The translations under genes and the position numbers were made by a program. The notes below the pieces were generated by a model. That model saw nothing but the letters and a program-made list of their open reading frames with translations, did not search any database and was not told the origin of the DNA. Positions 23,831 to 37,929 of a stretch of DNA of 64,000 nt are shown here, one piece after another. Source of the stretch: Carcharhinus amblyrhynchos (taxonomy: Eukaryota); NCBI GenBank assembly GCA_965287045.1, contig OZ336879.1, positions 74,834,001 through 74,898,000 of the forward strand, read 5' to 3'. How positions within the stretch are numbered: position 1 is the stretch's first letter; the number at the start of each line of letters is the position of its first letter.

Positions 23831-24559
23831 TTGAAGGTTGTGGTTTTCTTTGCTTTGTTTTGACGAACAGCATCGAGAAATTTCGTTAATTGCAAGAAAT
23901 AAGAGAATGCCCATCGCGACTTTTAAAGTCAGCACAAGAACATTGGTCTCTTTTAGGTATCACAAGAACATTGGAGATAGAAGCAAGAGGACTATTCGGT
24001 CGGTGGAACCGATACCGATCACCACTAGATGACTTTGGGCTTTTAGCCCCACTTTCGCCTACTCCCCATATTATTTGATACCCTGGCAGTTTAAAAACCT
24101 GTCGATTCCAGCCTAAATAGATTTAACATAGCATATCCATAACCTGAGACAGCAAATTCCAAAAATTCACTCCAGCTCAGACTTAAATGATTGGTCCCTT
24201 AGCCTGAGGCGATGACGCATTTTAAATTCCAATTAGGCCACCAGTCCTGGGCGAAAGCATTTCAACCATAACTTGCCACAAAGTAAGGAAACCGGTCAAA
24301 TTGCTTCTTAGTGACTTGTTCACAATACCTAGTTCTCTCAGAGTCCTTGCTTAATGAATGCACACTCGGTTGACCATTTCACAGTCGTAACCTAAACCAA
24401 GTGAAATCGGCTTCATCTACTGACTCACAGATGTTGGGGAAATCCATCCACCACTCACACACAGGGCAGGGTAGGTGTAGGAGGATGCGGCGGCGTGGGC
24501 TCGTTGGGCCGAAGGGCCTGTTTCCCGTGCTGGGTTGTTCTTTCTTCTTTGTACTTACA

Positions 24560-25870
24560 CCGGAGCACTTAGCTTCGCCCGTGCAGCAGCCCATTACATT
24601 GGCCAAAATGATGGGAAACCATTTGGTAGCCGTCTTGAAATGCTTACAATGTCAGGCAAAGTGACAGCGCAGGCGGCAAGACTGCCCAGCAGGACTGCAG
24701 AGTGCTTCCGATGTGGTGGTTCTGTTCATCCAAAACCTCCAATTGGCGGAGAAAACAACAGGACAAATGCAGCCCTCACCTCACCCAGAATATGGATCAC
24801 AAATAAACAAATGTCATCTCTGACTTCCTGGAAGAAATGCAAGACCATCACCAAGACAATGGGTCACTTTTGATGTCAAAGGGCTCGAAAGCCAATTTAA
24901 GATTGATACAGGCACTGGAATTCCCATTTCGGTTGATCACTGGATAGCTTGACATAGCATTTGTCCAGCCATCATAAAATATTAAACTTCAATGTCTAAA
25001 AAAAACTAATCTGCAAGAGAAAAATGTCAGGTCACAGCTATCTTACGTGATAAAGAACATCACAGAGATCCTCATAATCAAATCAAAGCATCACTTTACT
25101 CAGCAGAAACACATGCATACAACTCAGCCTCCTACAAAAAGGATGAGAGCCTTCAATCAAACAACAGACAAAATAATGCAAAAAATTCCACAGCTCTTCC
25201 TGGGACTTGGTAAGCGAAAAAATAAATACCATATTTAACTGCTCCCAGATGCCATGCTATTCATGCCAAGGAGGATGCCACATCCTCTATTGCCAAAAGT
25301 CAAATAGGAACTTCACCACGTGCTGCATACTAGTGTCCTTTCATATGTCACACAACCATTCTGGTGTTGTTCAGGGCTAATAACAGTTCCCAAACCAAAT
25401 GGTCAAGTCAAGCTGTACATGGACCTCATTCAATTGAACAAAATAGTCCAGAGGGAACTGCTGCCTGTGGATGACAGTATGGCAAAGATTGCCAACAGTC
25501 TTCTTCACCAAACTCAATGCATAGGAGGAACTTCTTCACTCAAAGGGTGGTGAATCTCTGGAATTCTCTGCCTGTTGAAGTGGTGGAGGCTGCCTCGCTA
25601 AATATTTTTAAGACGCGGGTTGATGGGTTTTTGATAAGCGAGGGGATTAAGGGTTATGGGGAGAGGGCGGGAATGTGGTACTGAGCCACGACAGATCAGC
25701 CATGATCTTATTGAATGGCGGGGCAGGCTCGAAGGGCTAGATGGCCTACTCCTGCTCCTATTTCTTATGTTCTTATGTTCTATTGGTGGTTTTTGGCAAT
25801 ACACCTCGAACAGGAACCTAGGCTGCAGACAATCTTAATCACACCATTTCTGCCGTATGGAAGATCAAGC
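24560..25870 (+). mobile_element. Degenerate Gypsy LTR retrotransposon internal region (gag zinc knuckle, protease, RT)
   Basis: CFRCG, FKIDTG-like protease motif (~24897), WCCSGLITVPKPNGQVKLYMDL...VQRE, KLNA...GFWQ. Confidence 0.7.
25523..25780 (+). mobile_element. Young CR1 3' end inserted into Gypsy RT
   Basis: Near-identical to 15261-15518. Confidence 0.95.
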
Positions 25871-26449
25871 CAGCAGCACTCAGCAGGGATGTGCCCACTC
25901 AGTAGCCCATATTGTGTATATTGTCCATAGTGTAAGTAAACCAGTTTGAAATAACTACCTGAGTCAGTCTACAGTCTCTCTGACCAAGGTATTCCACACC
26001 GCAAGTCTATGAAAGTGTCCTTTGATGCTTGACCTTTCCACCAATGGGAATTTTATGTATTTATGTGGTTGCATGATTGCTTTACAAATGATGATGTTAT
26101 TGTGTTTCACAGGTTCCTGTTGTGAGTTCCATTTTCTATTCTGTTCAGGCAATAGCTCCTACAATAAACAGGTTATTGTTATTTTGAATCTACGTGTGCA
26201 AAACACATTTTTCTCACTTTGTTTCACCGTGAACATCAATAAAAGATCCTAAGTAAAAAATATTGTGGGTCTTTGTATTTTGATGATTAGAAGGCTGGGG
26301 AAAATCAACAACAGGATAAAAGATTCAAGTGCCAGTGAAGGAAGATAAAGCAAGGAAAAAATATCCCATTTCTTACCAGAAAAAAATCGGGTAGTCTCCT
26401 CTAAGCTGCAGGGTCCTTGCATTTGCTGCAGATTGTAACAGCAGAGTGG

Positions 26450-28940
26450 GAGACTCACTGTCAGAGGAGGATGAGATTCCAGGCAGTATCTGGCATATTT
26501 GAAAAGAAGGGATGTTTTGCTGTATGGTTGGGGCCATTTGGAAATGAAATACATCAAGTCAACAGTCTCCAGGATAAAAAGGGAGTCCTTGGAAGACAGT
26601 AAAAAATATATATACTGAGAAGTCTCAAGTTGTTTGTGCCTGCAAGAGAAATGGTGGGTCAATTAGCAGCCAGGGTCCTTTCAATGAAGAAAATGAATCA
26701 TGGAGTTCCAATGTAGACAGTTTTCAGTACCTTACACAAGCAATAAAATTACAAACAAGTTGCTTGCACCAGCTTTTCTCAATACAATAGGTAGTAAAAC
26801 TTCCAATTTGTTCTGGAGCTTGGTTTATTCAGCAAAGCCAGGAACCGAAATATAATGACTTGACAAAAGGCCTTGAAAAATATTACTCTCCAAAGCGATT
26901 TATCATTGTAGAATGGTTCAGCTAAGGGAGGCAGTGGCACAGTGGTATTATCATTGGACTTGTAATCCTGAGACTCGGGGTGATACTCTAGGAATCTGGG
27001 TTTAAATCCTACCATGATAAATGGTGAAATTTGAATTCAATAAAAATTTGGAATTAAAAGCCTAATGATGACTATGATTGTCATAAAAATTCACCTAGTT
27101 CACTAATATCGCTGAGGAAAGGAAATCTGTTATCCTTACCTGATCTGGACTGGTCTACATGTGACTCCAGATCCACAACAATGTGCTCGACTCTTAAATG
27201 CTGACCCAACAGCAATGCACACAACCCATGCACAAATTTTAAAAATGTTCCACTGAAGTAATCAAGTGAAAGGTGAAAGCATTGCTCAGATTTGTGGCAA
27301 CCTTGAAAGGCCTGGCACAAAATTCTGAGTTTGGTGAGTCATTAGAAGATACCCTCCAAGATTTTCAGGTTTGTGGTGTATGAGATGAGGTAATCCAAAG
27401 AAGATTGTTTAGTGAACGTGCTTTGACTTTGAAGACATCAGTAGAAATCACAATGTCATTTGAACTGGCTGCCAAAGAGGCTTCACAATTTAGTGTCGGA
27501 ATGAAGGTCCACAGGTTGGGAACGGCCCATAATGAATGAAAACAGCAACAAGCACGTCATAGATGTGCCAAAATGAGCAGTCAGTGAGTGAATGCTGGAG
27601 CAAGGATAGTCAATGCAAAAATTGTAGCAAAATTGATCACATTACAAAAGCTTATTGGGCTAGACCAACTTCCCTAGGTAAGAATATTTAGAAGGATCTG
27701 GGTACCTTCCAGAAGAAGAACAAGTTCCTTTCTACAAAAATAATTTACAACATGGAAGAAAAGAATTAATGACTGTGAAGCAGAGAATGTCCAGAAATAT
27801 GATGGGAGCTCCAACTGGATGTCTTATCCATACAGGGTGAATCACATAGATTCTGGGTGATTCTGAAGTTAAATGGACAATCTATTAGGACAGAGATTGA
27901 TATTGGGGCTGCTGTCTCTTTAACCCCAGACTACATACCAACAAAAGCTGAAGCACCTTTTTTTGAAATCAGCTTATGTGATCTTAAGGATATACATGGA
28001 AGAGATCATGCCATTAAAATGTTACAATGTAGCATTGATTGGATAAACAGTGGAGTTGCCTTTCCATGTGATCTGTGGTAATATTTGATTTGTACTTGGG
28101 AGATCATGGTTAGAGAAGATAAAGCTTAACTGCAGTGCTGTTAACAAATTGAAAGATGCCAAAACAGACCTGGAGCAGATTCTAGATAAATACAAGAGTG
28201 TATTTGAAGAGATACTTGGCTGAATGAAGAGAGTTCAAGTGAAACTCAAGATAAAGCAAAGTAGTCAACCAAAAAGTCTCAAGGCGAGAGCAGTGTCGTG
28301 TGCAATTCCAATTCGTAGGACTTGTGTGTTAGAGCCGGTTACAATGAATGACTGTGCTATCCCCATCCTACCTGTTCATATTTGTGGTGATTTTAAAACA
28401 AACATAAATCCAGTACTATATGCTGATCAATATCTGCTTCTTTTAACTGAAGCTTTGTTTGTTGGGTTATCAGGTGAGCAGATATTGAGCAAGATTAAAT
28501 CTTTCACAAGCATATTCACAGATGAATGTAGCCATTGAATCTCAACCATTGGTTACCTTTGTTTCTCATAAAGGTCTTCCTCATTATAAAAGATTGCCTT
28601 TTGGAATAACATCCACACCAGTCCTATTCCAAAGATTGATGGATCAGATTTTAAGTGCATCACTAGTAAACAATGTCAATTGGATGATGTTCTGATTATA
28701 GGGTCTAGTGAACAAGAGCACTTGAATCATTTAGAAGCAACAATGGAACATCTTTAAGCACATGGTCTGAATATCAAAAAAGAAAATTGTGACCTTTTCC
28801 AGATGTCACTCCAGTATTTGGGTCACGTTATTGATCGTAAAGGCCTGTCTAAAGCACCTAAAAAGATGGATGCTATTTTAAGCACCACATCCAACGAATG
28901 TGATGCAATTGAGGTCCTTTCTAGAATTAGTGAACTGATA
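26450..28940 (+). mobile_element. Degenerate Gypsy gag-pol
   Basis: Gag motifs (GESIAQF..., EFGESLEDTL), zinc knuckle, protease IDIGAAVSL, RT ICGDFKTNINPVL, LPFGI, LDDVLI, LQYLGHVID. Possible 5' LTR at about 26050-26238. Confidence 0.8.
26927..27245 (+). mobile_element. tRNA-derived SINE inserted in Gypsy gag
   Basis: A box tggcacagtgg, B box gggtttaaatcc, core gttcactaat...ggaaaggaaatctg...tacatgtgactccag, A-rich tail. Confidence 0.75.
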
Positions 28941-29689
28941 TTGTGTATTCAGGGAATTACTGTGTATGTTGTGGCCCCTTTAGGAGAACAGTCATGTGAT
29001 CACTCCACAGGCTTCCGACATGTGGGACTGGAACCTGTACAGTACACACCTAAGAATAAACCTCCTGCTGTTTTTTTTTCAAATCTTGTGTGGACTTCCT
29101 GCATGGAACAAATCTCTGCATCCTTCAGCCACAGACAACAGAACAACAAAGCTGACAATGAGGTGGGATCAAATAAAAACCCATAAACATGGAAGAAGGA
29201 AAGCAGTTTTTCTAAAAAAAAGGCAAGAAACTTAGGCAGGATTCACAACAGGGACCCATTCTGCAGTGTCAAGGGTGCTGGTAAGCAACAAGGGTGAATG
29301 AATAAAAGAAAAACTGCGACTTAGTGCCGGCAAACAAAGCAAATAGGCACCAGTCAGCAGTATACAAGCATATGGTTGAGGGAGATGTGAACAGAAGCCA
29401 TAGAACATGCACACAGCAAGTGAGGAGAACAAAGCCCAGCCAGTGAGCACCATATGGTGTTTAAATCCTGGAACTTTGTTTAATTCCTCCAACTATTGAT
29501 TGAGCTACCACTGAGAGGAGTGTTGCATAGCTCCACTGAACCTGCAAGGAAAATGGCAGGTCACTTTAGGACCATAAACTCTTTTGATAAGGAAGTTGAA
29601 TGTTGGAGTTCCTATGTGGACAGATTCCAAAATTATGTATAGGCAGATAAAATCCCACCAGAACTTGTGGTTCCAACCTTTCTCAGAAC

Positions 29690-30495
29690 ATATGAAAAGG
29701 AGTAGGTCATCAGCCCCTCTGCTATTCAATAAGATCATCGCTGATCTGTGGCCTACCTCCATGTCATACAGTCATAGAAGTTGAGAGCATGGAAACAGGC
29801 CCTTCAGCCCAACTTGTCAATGCCACCTTTTTTTAACCCCTAAGCTAGTCCCAATTGCCCACATTTGGCACATATCCTTCTATACCCATTTTACCCATGT
29901 AACTGTCTAAACACTTTTAAAAGTCAAAATTGTACCTGTATCTACTGCTACCTCTAGCAGCTTGTTCCAGATACTCACCACTCTCTATGTGAAAAAAATT
30001 GCCCCTCTGGACCCTTTTGTATCTCTCCCCTTTCACCTTAAACCCTCTAGTTTTAGATTCCCCTACCTTTAGGAAAAGATATTGACTTTCTAGGTGATCT
30101 ATGCCCCTCATTATTTTATAGACCTCTATAAGATGACCCCTCAGCCTTCTAAGCTTCAGAGAAAAATGTCCCAGTCTATCCAGCCTCTCCTTATAATGTA
30201 CTTGCCCTCAGCCCATATTTCTTGATACCTCTGCTCAATGACTCTCTGAATCTTAAATCTTACACTTGAACCGGCATCCACTGCTGTTTGAGGAAGAGTT
30301 CAAAACCACCACCAATCTCTGTGTGTAGGAGTGTTTTCTAACATCTCTCCTGAATGGCTTAGCCCTCATTTTTAGGTAATGGCCCCTGGTTCTAGAACAA
30401 GCAACTGGTGGAAACAGTTTGTCCTTCTCCACCTGGTTCTTCCCTGTAATATTTTGTAGAATTCTATCAGATCACTCCTCAACCTTCTGAATTTG
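29690..30495 (-). mobile_element. Nested CR1 3' fragments (younger copy 29770-30195 inside an older copy)
   Basis: Two different CR1 3' UTRs and ORF2 C-terminal residues (GESKTRG...RGNFF) on the minus strand. Confidence 0.75.
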
Positions 30496-30496
30496 A

Positions 30497-31826
30497 GAAA
30501 GGAAGCAGGGATAATCCAGGAAATTATAGGCCGGTGAGCCTGACATCAGTAGTGGGGAAGCTTTTGGAGAAGATACTGAGGGACAGGATATATGCATATC
30601 TGGAAGACAATGGACTAGTTAGTAACAGGCAGCATGGTTTTGTATGTGGAACGTCATGCCTCACCAACTTGATTGAGTTTTTTGAAGTGGTAACAAAGAT
30701 AATTGATGAGGGAAAGGCTTTGGATGTTGTTTATATGGACTTTAGTAAGGCATTTGATAAAGTCCCACATGGCAGACTGGTACAAAAACTAAAATCATGT
30801 GGGATTCAATGTGGACTGCCAAAATGGAGATAGACCTGGCTTGGTTATAGAAGACAGAGTAGCGGTGGATGTTTTTGGAGATTTGTAGCTAGTGATGTTC
30901 CGCAGGGATCAGTGCTGGGACCACTGTTGTTTGTAGTATATATAAATGATCTGGAAGAAAATGTGTGTGGTCTGATTAGTAAGTTTATGGAGTTGCCATT
31001 AGTGCCGGGGATTGTCAGAGGATACAACAGGAGACAGATAGATTGGAGACTTGGGCACAGAAATGACAAATCCAGACAAATGCAAGGTGATGCATTTTGA
31101 AGGATTAAATGTAGGTGTAAATTATACTGTAAATGGCAGAACCCTTAGGAACATTAACATACAGAGGGATCTGGGCGTGCAGATCCACAGTTCCCTAGAA
31201 GTGGTATCACAGGTGGCCAAGGTGACCATGAAAGCATATGGCATGCTTGCCGTCATCAGCCGGGGCATTGAATACAAGAATTGGGAAATCATGTTAGGCC
31301 ACATTTGGAGTATTACCACACTGGTAGAAGGACATGGAAGCTTTGGAGAGAATGCAAAGAAGGTTCACCAGGATGTTGCCTAGTCTTGAGGGTGTTTGCT
31401 ATGAGGAGAAGTTGAATAAACTAGGATTGTTTTCACTGGAAAGACGGAGGCTGAAGGGAGACGTGATAGAGGTCTACAAAATTATGAGAGGCATAGTTAG
31501 GGTGGATAGTTAGAGGCTTTTTCCCAGGGTGGAAGTGTCAATTACAATGGGGCACAGGTTCAAGGTGAGAGGGGGAAGTTTAATGGAAATGTGTGGGAGA
31601 AAGTTTTCACTCAGAGGGTGGTGGGTGCCTGGAATGCACTGCCAGAGGAGGTAGTGGAAGCGAGCACATTAGCAATATTTAACAGGCATCTGGATGGGTA
31701 CATGAATCGGGAGGGAATAGAGGGATATGGACTGAGTAAGGGCAAAAGGTTTTTTAAAAATTTAGTTAGAGCAGCATGATTGGCACAGGCTTGTTCCTGT
31801 GCTGCACTTTTCTTTGTTCTTTGTTC
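30497..31826 (+). mobile_element. CR1 LINE RT domain to 3' UTR
   Basis: PGNYRPVSLTSVVGKLLE, QHGF, VYMDFSKAFDKVPH, PQGSVLGPLLF, VVGAWNALP. Confidence 0.92.
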
Positions 31827-32836
31827 AAAATACTGCAATGCTGGAAATCTGATATTAGAACAGAAAATGCTGGATAAGGTCAGCAGGTCTGACAGCATCT
31901 GTGGAGAGAAATAGAGTTAACATTTTGGATCTAAATAGCCCCTCTAAAGGCCCTTTTCTATAGAAGAATCATTTGATCCAAAACGTTCGATGGAATTTTC
32001 CCAAAAAACAGCAGTGTTATTTCCTGTGAAAAAACCGGTGTCTTTCCTTTAAAGCTGGCATCCTGACCAGAACCTGAGTAAACCACCCTCCAACCCACCG
32101 TTAGAGGACTCAGGGGCTCCCCACCCCATCCTCGATTGGAGTTGACACTTCTCTACCCCCCACTTTCAATCATCAAGCCCTTCTCCGCCCTCCCCCCCAG
32201 TCTGAGCTGACATTCACCTCCCCATCCCCAACAGCTACTGCTGGCTTCCTTTGCTCCCCAGTCCACTCCCAGCCACCACCACATCTAAATGAATTCTCCC
32301 CTCTCCCCCCACCATGAGGGTTCCATTGCGGCCAGCCCTTTGGCACAAGCTGGTACTGCCATGTTGGTATGGTGCCAACCTAGCAGTGCCAGCCTATCCC
32401 GGGGGCATTGGCAGACCATACCCTGGCCATATCCCTTATCCAGGGAGCTATACTTACCTCTATGACCCTGGGAGACCCTGACAGGTTCACGTCTAAGTGA
32501 ATCGGTTGTAGTTGGCGCCGGCGTGATGGCACACTTGTGCCTACTGAATATCCAGTGGTGCAGAGGAGGATATCCCAGAGATAGTATTTGCCAATGACAT
32601 GTTAATGTGTTAAAATTAGCTTTGTTGAGTCCTGCAATGTGTTTGACATCAACAGTGTGGGGCCAGTAAGCTTACAACTAAGAAACTTGCCAGTGTGAAT
32701 TGTGCTCTCTGAATTTTGAACACATGCTGCCATTTGCGCAGCTGAAGAGTGCAGGCTCAAAATTGCCCACATTAACTCCACTTCTCTCCACAGATGCTGT
32801 CAGACCTACTGAGTTTATCCAACATTTTCTGTTGTT
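31827..32836. mobile_element. Palindromic Penelope-associated repeat split by an insertion
   Basis: Arm aacagaaaatgctgga...gacagcatctgtggagaga (31859-31930) is the inverse of 32771-32835. Confidence 0.7.
31988..32770. mobile_element. Putative non-autonomous DNA transposon (Harbinger-like MITE)
   Basis: Degenerate TIRs cgatggaatttt / aaaattgcccac, 3-bp gtt/att flanks; cleanly interrupts the palindromic repeat. Confidence 0.5.
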
Positions 32837-33209
32837 AAACTGAAGTTGCTTCTGCTTTAAACCTTATTGTAAATAGTAATTTTCTGGTAATCCCAAATTA
32901 GTTTTAAATGGAGACTTAAAATATTAATTTACCCTCTCAATTGTGGAAGTTTATTTTTTAAAGAAAGGTTAAAGTGTTTAACAATGATACACATTGTACA
33001 CAGTTTACTCACACCCTCTTTCAATTCTTCTGCTGAGTAGCTGTAGGCAAGGTCTGACATTGTGTTTTCTGCTTGCCAATTTACTTAATTATGCACTAAA
33101 TTACAAGTAAAAATGATTCCAAATGAGACACACTATACTGGGTAACATTACTATTTTGTCTTGCACACTTTTTGTCATTTACTGCAATCTCTGATATTAC
33201 ACAGCAGCA

Positions 33210-34070
33210 AGGGGGACACAGAGAGGCTTCAAAGAAATATACACAGGTTAAGTGAGTGGGTATCAGGATGACGTATAATGTGGGTGAAGTGTGAGGCTAT
33301 TTACTTTGGTTGTAAGAACAGAAAAGCAGAATGATTTTTCAAAGGCATGGAACTTGTAAACGTTAGTGTTCAGACAGAATTGGGTGTTCCCATTTAAGGA
33401 ATGCAGAAAGTTGGCATGCAGGTACAGCAAACAATTTGGAAGGCAAATTGGCTTTATTGCAAGGGGATTGGAGTAAGCAATAAAGACTTCCTACATTATA
33501 CAGGGCTTTGGTGAGACTGCGCCTGGAATGATGTGTGCAATTTTGGTCTCCCTATTTAAGGGAGGATATACTTGCATTGGTAGCAGTCAGCAAAGGTTCA
33601 CAAGATTGGTCCCTGGGATAAGAGGGTTATTTCAAAATGAGAGGCTGAGTAAATTGGGCATATATTATCTGGAATTTAGAAGAATGAGAGATGATTTTTT
33701 TGAAGCATGTGTGATTCAGTAGGGACTTGACAGGGTAGATGCTGAAAGGTTGTTTTCATGAGCTGGGGAATATAAAACAAGGGAGTCTTGGGATGAGGGC
33801 CAATCATTTTGGAATGAGATGAGGTGAAATGTCTTCACTTGACAGATTGTAAATCACTGGAATTCTTAACCTTAGAGAGTTGTGGGTGCTTCATAATTAA
33901 ATTTATATAATGCTGGAATAGACAGATTTTTGGTCTCTCAGGGAATCAACAGACTTGGGGAATAAGTGGGAAAGTGAAATTGAAGCCCAAGATCAGCCAT
34001 GATCAAGCTGAATAATGAAGCAGGTTTAATGTGCTGAATGGTCTATTCCTGCTCCTATCATTGGTATTCT
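33210..34070 (+). mobile_element. Old CR1 LINE 3' part
   Basis: QQRFTRLVPGIRGL...LEFRRMRDD; CR1 3' UTR. Confidence 0.85.
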
Positions 34071-34399
34071 GCCTTGTATCCTATCACAGACTTTCTTTCC
34101 TTTTTTTTGTATTAGTTTTCCTTTCCCTATCTCATTTTTTGCTAATGATTTCTAACTGTTTCTAGTTCTAATGCAAGGTCATCAATCAGAAACTTAACTG
34201 GGCTGAATTCATTTGGTGTTGTGGTGTCTGCTTTTCCGCTCCAAAGGGGGAGAGTTGCTGCCATTAATAGACTGAAGGCAGTACTTAGTGTTCCTAACAT
34301 TTGGAACCTGATTCCCAAATGAACCTACCATTAATTTCAAGAATGCAAAATAATTATATCTTCTAGTGACCTTCTATTTTACATTTGAGAATTTTCCAG

Positions 34400-35243
34400 T
34401 GTCACAAAAGATTCGCTAAGTAGTATAATTTATATATTGTGCCTGATTGGTATCTATAAACACACCCGCAAAGCCCAATGGTTAACAAAAGGCTAACTTT
34501 GCATTAGCAGTGAAAAACAGTCACAGGAGCTGATTGGAGAGTGGCTATTGCTGTGTCTTGAACAGAATGATTGAACACAGACCTTGTGCTCCTGAGAGAA
34601 ATATGACCCTGAGAGATAAACAACTCTCTGAGCATTTGTGTCCAAAAAGACGGTGATTGATTTGTGCCTGTCCTGTGAATTGTAACTGGAAGCATGATCA
34701 GTAGTAGCAAGATCTGTATAAGGAGAGACAAAGAGTCATCAGCAGCATTAACCTGCAGGATCAACCACTGCAGAAGAAGCAACAAGACCCTGAGTCCAGG
34801 ACTTGGAGACGTTGGAACAAAACCCATCGGGAGAGAGTCTGATCACCTTATCTTGCCACGGGTAGTATTTAAATCCAAGTTGTGAGTTTGGAATGTTTTT
34901 GTGAAGCTTTTGATACCTTTTGAATACTTTGTATATAACAAAGTAGGTCAGATGTTAGATACTTGGTGTACAACAAAGTGAGATAAAGATTGATTAATTT
35001 GTGTGTAACAAAGTTTTGATGTCTTTTGTAGTGGAGTTGTTGTGACACTTTTGTGGTAACTTAGTAAGATACAATAGATTGTTGTACAATAATTTAAGAG
35101 TTTGAGTGTCTTTGTCCGTAACATCAGTTGACCCACATCTGGGGCAACAATATACTTATTATGTGTGCAGAATTCGTTCTGAGCTTCCTGAATGGTTTGA
35201 CTTATTTAATTGTCAGGGTTGTAAATGCCATGAAGCTGTGACA
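34400..35243 (+). mobile_element. Possible solo LTR
   Basis: TGTCACA...TGTGACA termini and internal TATA-like ctataaa; no TSD match. Confidence 0.3.
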
Positions 35244-35439
35244 GAAACCCCAAAGTTTTCTGAACTTTGGACAGTGTGTTTATTTCACAGGCAGTGAACC
35301 AATTAAGTGGTGATACAAGAAAAGGTTTATCCAATTAAGATGTTTGGGCCAGGTACCAGAAAGCAGTCCATTTGGCAATTATTTTCTTTTACCAAGATGA
35401 AATATCTGAAGTAGCAACATCAAATAGATTTGAGACAGC

Positions 35440-37370
35440 AATATATTAAACTGCAGTCTCAAAGTACCAAATAGCTTTGACCCTCTTGTCTACAGCTTTT
35501 GATTTTCTCATGCACCTTCTGCCCTTATTTCCAACAATTGAGAGGAATTTAAGATTTCTTCACCACCAAAATGGAAACTGTCCATTCAGTTGCTCCTGTT
35601 GAGTTCCCATGTCCACCAAGCTAAATGTCCTCATATCCTAAGCCTGCACCTCTGTTTCTCAGGTTCCAGCTCCAGATCACCATTATTTGTCCAATCTCCT
35701 TTCATCCATGTGACCCACTTCCTGCTTCTTCAACTTCATTCACATTAAATGTCTGGATACCCAACTCAGTGGGACTAGGCAAAAAAATGGTTCGGCACAG
35801 ACAAGAAGGGCCAAATGGCCTGTTTCTGAGCTGTAATTTTCTATGGTTTCAACTTGCGGGTCATAACGCCAGCTAATACTATAAATGGCCTCTCTCCACA
35901 GTTATTGCAGACTGAGCTGGTATCAATCCTTTCCTTAAAAAAAACAGCCTGATCCCTCAGTCTTTGCAGCAACCATAAGAACATAAGAACTAGAGGAAGG
36001 ATTAGGCCATCTGGCCCCTTGAGCCTGCTCCGTCATTCAATAAGATCATAGATCTTTTTGCACACTCAGCTCCCCTTACCCACCTGTTCACCATAACCCC
36101 AATTCCTTTACTGTTCAAAAATCTAGCTATCTTTGCCTTAAAAACATTCAATGAGGTAACCTCAATTGCTTCAATTCCAAAGATCCACAACCCTTTGGGT
36201 GAAGAAGTTCCTCCTCAACTCAGTCCTAAATCTGCTTCCCCTTATTCTGAGGCTATGCCTCCTCATTCTAGTTTCATCCATCGTGGAAACAACCTCCCTC
36301 CTTCTATCTTATGTAATCCCTTCATAATTTAATGTGTTTCTATAAGATCCCCCCTTCTAAATTCTAATGAGTGTCATCTCTGTCTACTTAGTCTCTCCTC
36401 ATAAGCCAACCCTCTCAACTCCAGAATCAACCTAGTGAATCTCCTCTCCATCCCCTCCAGTGCCTTTATCCTTTCTCAAGTAAGGAGACCATTTTTCCCA
36501 CATTGATCTCTCTTTCTTCCCAAAATAAGAAGAAGCAAATGAATGCATGGCTGGAAAGATGGTACAGGAGAGAAGGTTTTAGATTCTTGGGACATTGAAA
36601 TTGACACAGGGGGAGATGGGACCTTTCCAGGTCAGTTGGGTTGCAGCTAAACATACAAATTGGGAGCAGCAGTAGGCTACTTGGCCCCTTGGGCTAGATC
36701 CACCATTGAATGAAATAATGGCAAACCTAATTGTAACCACTCGCCAACCCTTGATAACCTTTTATCCTCTTGTTTATCAAGAATCTAACCAACTCTACTT
36801 TAAAGACTCTGCTTCCACTGCCTTTTGAAGGAGTTTCAAAAGCTCACAATCCTCATTTCTGTCTTAAATTGGCGAACACTTAATTTGAAACAGTTCGATT
36901 CTCTCACAAGAGGAAATGTCCTCTCCACATCCTCATATTAGTCTGGCAAACCTTCTTTTAACTATCTCTAATGTATTTACATTCTTTCTTGAATAAATTT
37001 AAAATTCTTATTCTTCTTGTTTAAAACTTTTGTTGTCTTGCTCCTCCCTTTTTCTGTAACTTCCTTCATCATTACACCCATTCCCCATACAATTGCCTAT
37101 GTCCAATCTTTTATGCGTCTTCCCTCTTGCTTCACACCAGCTTCACTGTTTTTCAGTTGGACACATATGTTCCATTCTCTGGGTGTCTTTCTCTCTAAAC
37201 CTCACCGACTGTCCACATCCATCTCCTCCTTAAAAACCTTCACTTTAGGCATGTTTTTGATCATTTTCCTCCTTTGTTCCCTCCTTTGGCATGTGGCAGC
37301 TATTTTCCTATTCCTCTGTGAAACACCTCCAGATGTTTTTGTTATCCAACTAAATGCAAGTTGTTATTGA
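35440..37370. mobile_element. Cluster of L2 fragments with inserted CR1 fragments (35770-35850 +, 35974-36495 -, 36520-36650 +, 36650-37000 -)
   Basis: L2 RT-like and 3' end sequences interleaved with CR1 3' UTRs (cataagaacataagaac...). Confidence 0.6.
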
Positions 37371-37929
37371 AGAAAGTTGAAACCCACAGAGTATAAGGTC
37401 TTCTAATGGCCTGGTGAAACCTGGACTGTTTTCAATGTATGTTATTACAACTATTCATTCAATTCGTCCATCAGTTAGGTGCTGAAATTTCTGGAATAAA
37501 GTCAGATTACTTTGTAGCTTTTTGTGACAACTATAAGAACAGAGCATGCATGTATCGTACAAAACTTATTCAGCTTTTCAGCAGCCAGACAGCAAATTAC
37601 ATAGCAGGGACATCAACAACCACATCCATTTTTCACTGATGAAATCATTGTTAAAGCGTCATTGGATAGGCAAGGAGATTATGAATACAGGTCAGAGCCT
37701 GAGGAAATGCTAATAAGCTTGTCTGTTGGTTTGGAATACTTAATTTTGTGTAAAACACAATATGTGAAGGCTTAATAGCAACCCAGAACTACCAGTGCTC
37801 TCCTCCAACAGGTGATTTTTAATGCACTCCTCCCTATCACTGTAAAACAGAAAAATTCAGAATGGCTGAATATCTGGTCCATACAATTGTCATCTCCTCT
37901 GTCATAAAAAAAATTAAATGCATCAGTGA

